A DNA stretch of 63,332 nucleotides, filler included, from Octopus bimaculoides (lineage: Eukaryota): the NCBI RefSeq assembly GCF_001194135.2. It is 5 parts of 5 records of this genome, joined end to end, with 100 filler letters (N's around TTAATTAATTAA, not from the genome) between each part and the next. Parts side by side here need not be neighbours in the genome. Positions count along the whole stretch, not along the records: positions 55,015 to 61,562 come from NC_068987.1; positions 61,663 to 63,332 come from NC_069008.1; 3 more parts are not named here. The stretch is one strand, 5' to 3'. The notes below the pieces were generated by a model that was not told the DNA's origin, did no database searches, and worked only from the letters and a program-made list of their open reading frames with translations. Below, piece after piece: positions 61,561 to 63,332 of the stretch (its first letter is position 1; each line of letters opens with the position of its first letter). The position numbers and the translations under genes are program-made.

Positions 61561-62989
61561 CCNNNNNNNNNNNNNNNNNNNNNNNNNNNNNNNNNNNNNN
61601 NNNNNNTTAATTAATTAANNNNNNNNNNNNNNNNNNNNNNNNNNNNNNNNNNNNNNNNNNNNATATATATATATATATATATATACTGCACACGTAGATT
61701 TACATACATACAGCAACTTAATAGGACGATATATATTTCTATACATATAAGACTGAAGTTATTTCCCTTGAATATTTCTTTTACCCCTCGAAACTGGAAG
61801 ATTAGCTATATATATATATATAATATTTAAAGGTGGAAATACATGTATTAAAGTAGGGTTCCTGCCGAAAAAACAAAATTCTTTTTAAAAGGGTGGTTGC
61901 CAAAGAACATTGATTATTAAAACACCGAACAATATCCAGAGAATTTATTAGCAACCTTGATTACAATCGGGTTGAAAGTAAAATAAAAAGGACCCGGCAC
62001 ACGAGTACGTTTTGGACCGCAACTTAAGCATCCATGATGATCAAATTTCAATCCTAAATATAATGTAGCAATATTCATGATATAATAATCTCAGACAAAT
62101 TAGTTAACTAATTACTTAATAAGTTCTCTTTGACACCTTAAATGAAAAAGGAGAAATTATTGGAAATAGTCTTTACTCATTTTGCCCCATCTAAGACATG
62201 ATTTTTGATAACTGAACATTACCAAATTAGACACTAAATGGGGTGGGGGTATTGATCTGGAATGCAAGAAAGAAAAGAATATTGATTGTTAAACACCGGA
62301 CATCATTCAGATATTTTATTAGTAACCTCAATTACAATCAGGTTGAAAGTTGAGGGAAAATTTCTTGAAAATCAAAAGGACCTGCCACCTGACTATGTTT
62401 CGGACTGCAACTTCAACAACTATAATGACTAATTTTCAGTCCTAAATATAATGTAGCAATATTCACAAAATAATAATTTACAAAAAAATAGGAGAAATGG
62501 GAATTTACTCATTTTGCCCCGCCTACTTATTTCTTCGCCTTCCTTATATCAAGAAATAAGCATTCGATAAATTATAATAAAGCATTGGTTTCTCAACATT
62601 TCTGTGGTTGGAGTGTATTTGAGGATATTTCTCCAACTAAAACACACAACAAACAAACGTGGAAACGATGGATCGTGTAGAAGGTTGCCTCCATAGCTAG
62701 AAATAGCAGCCAAATGTCGAACACATCAAAGGACATCTGAGACAGAAAGTATTAAAAGATTAAATGCTTATATTGTTTAATACTTACTGAAGTGTTCTTA
62801 TAAAGGATAGTATTGTTGTTATAAGTGCGTCGGGTGGTAGAGAAATCTATTATAAATGTGTTCGGGAGTTGATTAAGAGATATTCTAGCAACTGACATGT
62901 TTATCAATACGTAATGAATGGAGGCGGAAGTACATTTAGTACGCATGCGTACGAAATCTTGGTTTCAAATTTTGGCACAACGCCAGCAA

Positions 62990-63332
62990 TGTCGGTGGAG
63001 GGGGTTGAGGGGCGGGAGTTGATTTAATGGATCCACAGTAGTCGACTGGTATTTATTTCAATGCCCAACCCCCGAGCAAAACGATTAAAGGCAAAGTTGA
63101 CCCGAAAAGATGAAAGGCAAAGTGGGCCACACCGGATTTTCCGCATACATACACAAATATCGGCAAATTTCGGGCTGGGTTGGTACGTAAGTCGATTACG
63201 TGGACCTCAGTAGTCAACTGGTATTTATTTTATTGAACCCCCCCCCCCAGCAAAAAGATTAAAGGCAAAGTTGACCCGAAAAGATGAAAGGCAAAGTGGG
63301 CCACACCGGATTTTCCGCATACATACACAAAT
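62990..63332. repeat. Tandem ~175-bp duplication of a rearranged SINE C-derived unit
   Basis: AAAGGCAAAGTTGACCCGAAAAGATGAAAGGCAAAGTGGGCCACACCGGATTTTCCGCATACATACACAAAT occurs twice. Confidence 0.8.

Overview
AT-rich, microsatellite- and SINE-dense metazoan genomic DNA with many N gaps. The tRNA-derived SINE families and repeat landscape look like those of Octopus (inference from recalled sequence, not a database search). Two protein-coding genes are supported. (1) The 5' part of an HFM1/MER3 meiotic DExH helicase gene lies on the minus strand. I reconstructed 11 phase-compatible exons (ATG at 18663 down to 3773) covering Walker A (APTGAGKT), motif Ia (MAPIKAL), DE|IH and SAT. It includes a 25-nt microexon and a GT-AG U12-type (minor spliceosome) intron at 13226-13836. 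(2) A gene missing from the ORF track lies on the plus strand, with exons 55994-56034 and 58912-59014. It encodes a signal peptide followed by a Cys-patterned region (MLKLFVVFAVFVAAAQVSA|TCSDEQLRKCLSKFRHLSEAKDSKEKIC...) and continues beyond what I can see. The rest is mostly mobile-element debris: three SINE families, LINE fragments (RTE, R4/Dong, CR1, Tx1/L1, Penelope), a hAT transposase relic and MITEs. Unusual repeats include SINE-derived tandem arrays, a perfect 29-bp palindrome, a 17-bp CRE-like minisatellite, a TTAGGG-bearing fold-back and an (AACGT)n array. Several assembly artefacts are present (TTAATTAATTAA linkers, mis-ordered contigs). Repeat boundaries are approximate; exon boundaries were read base by base.
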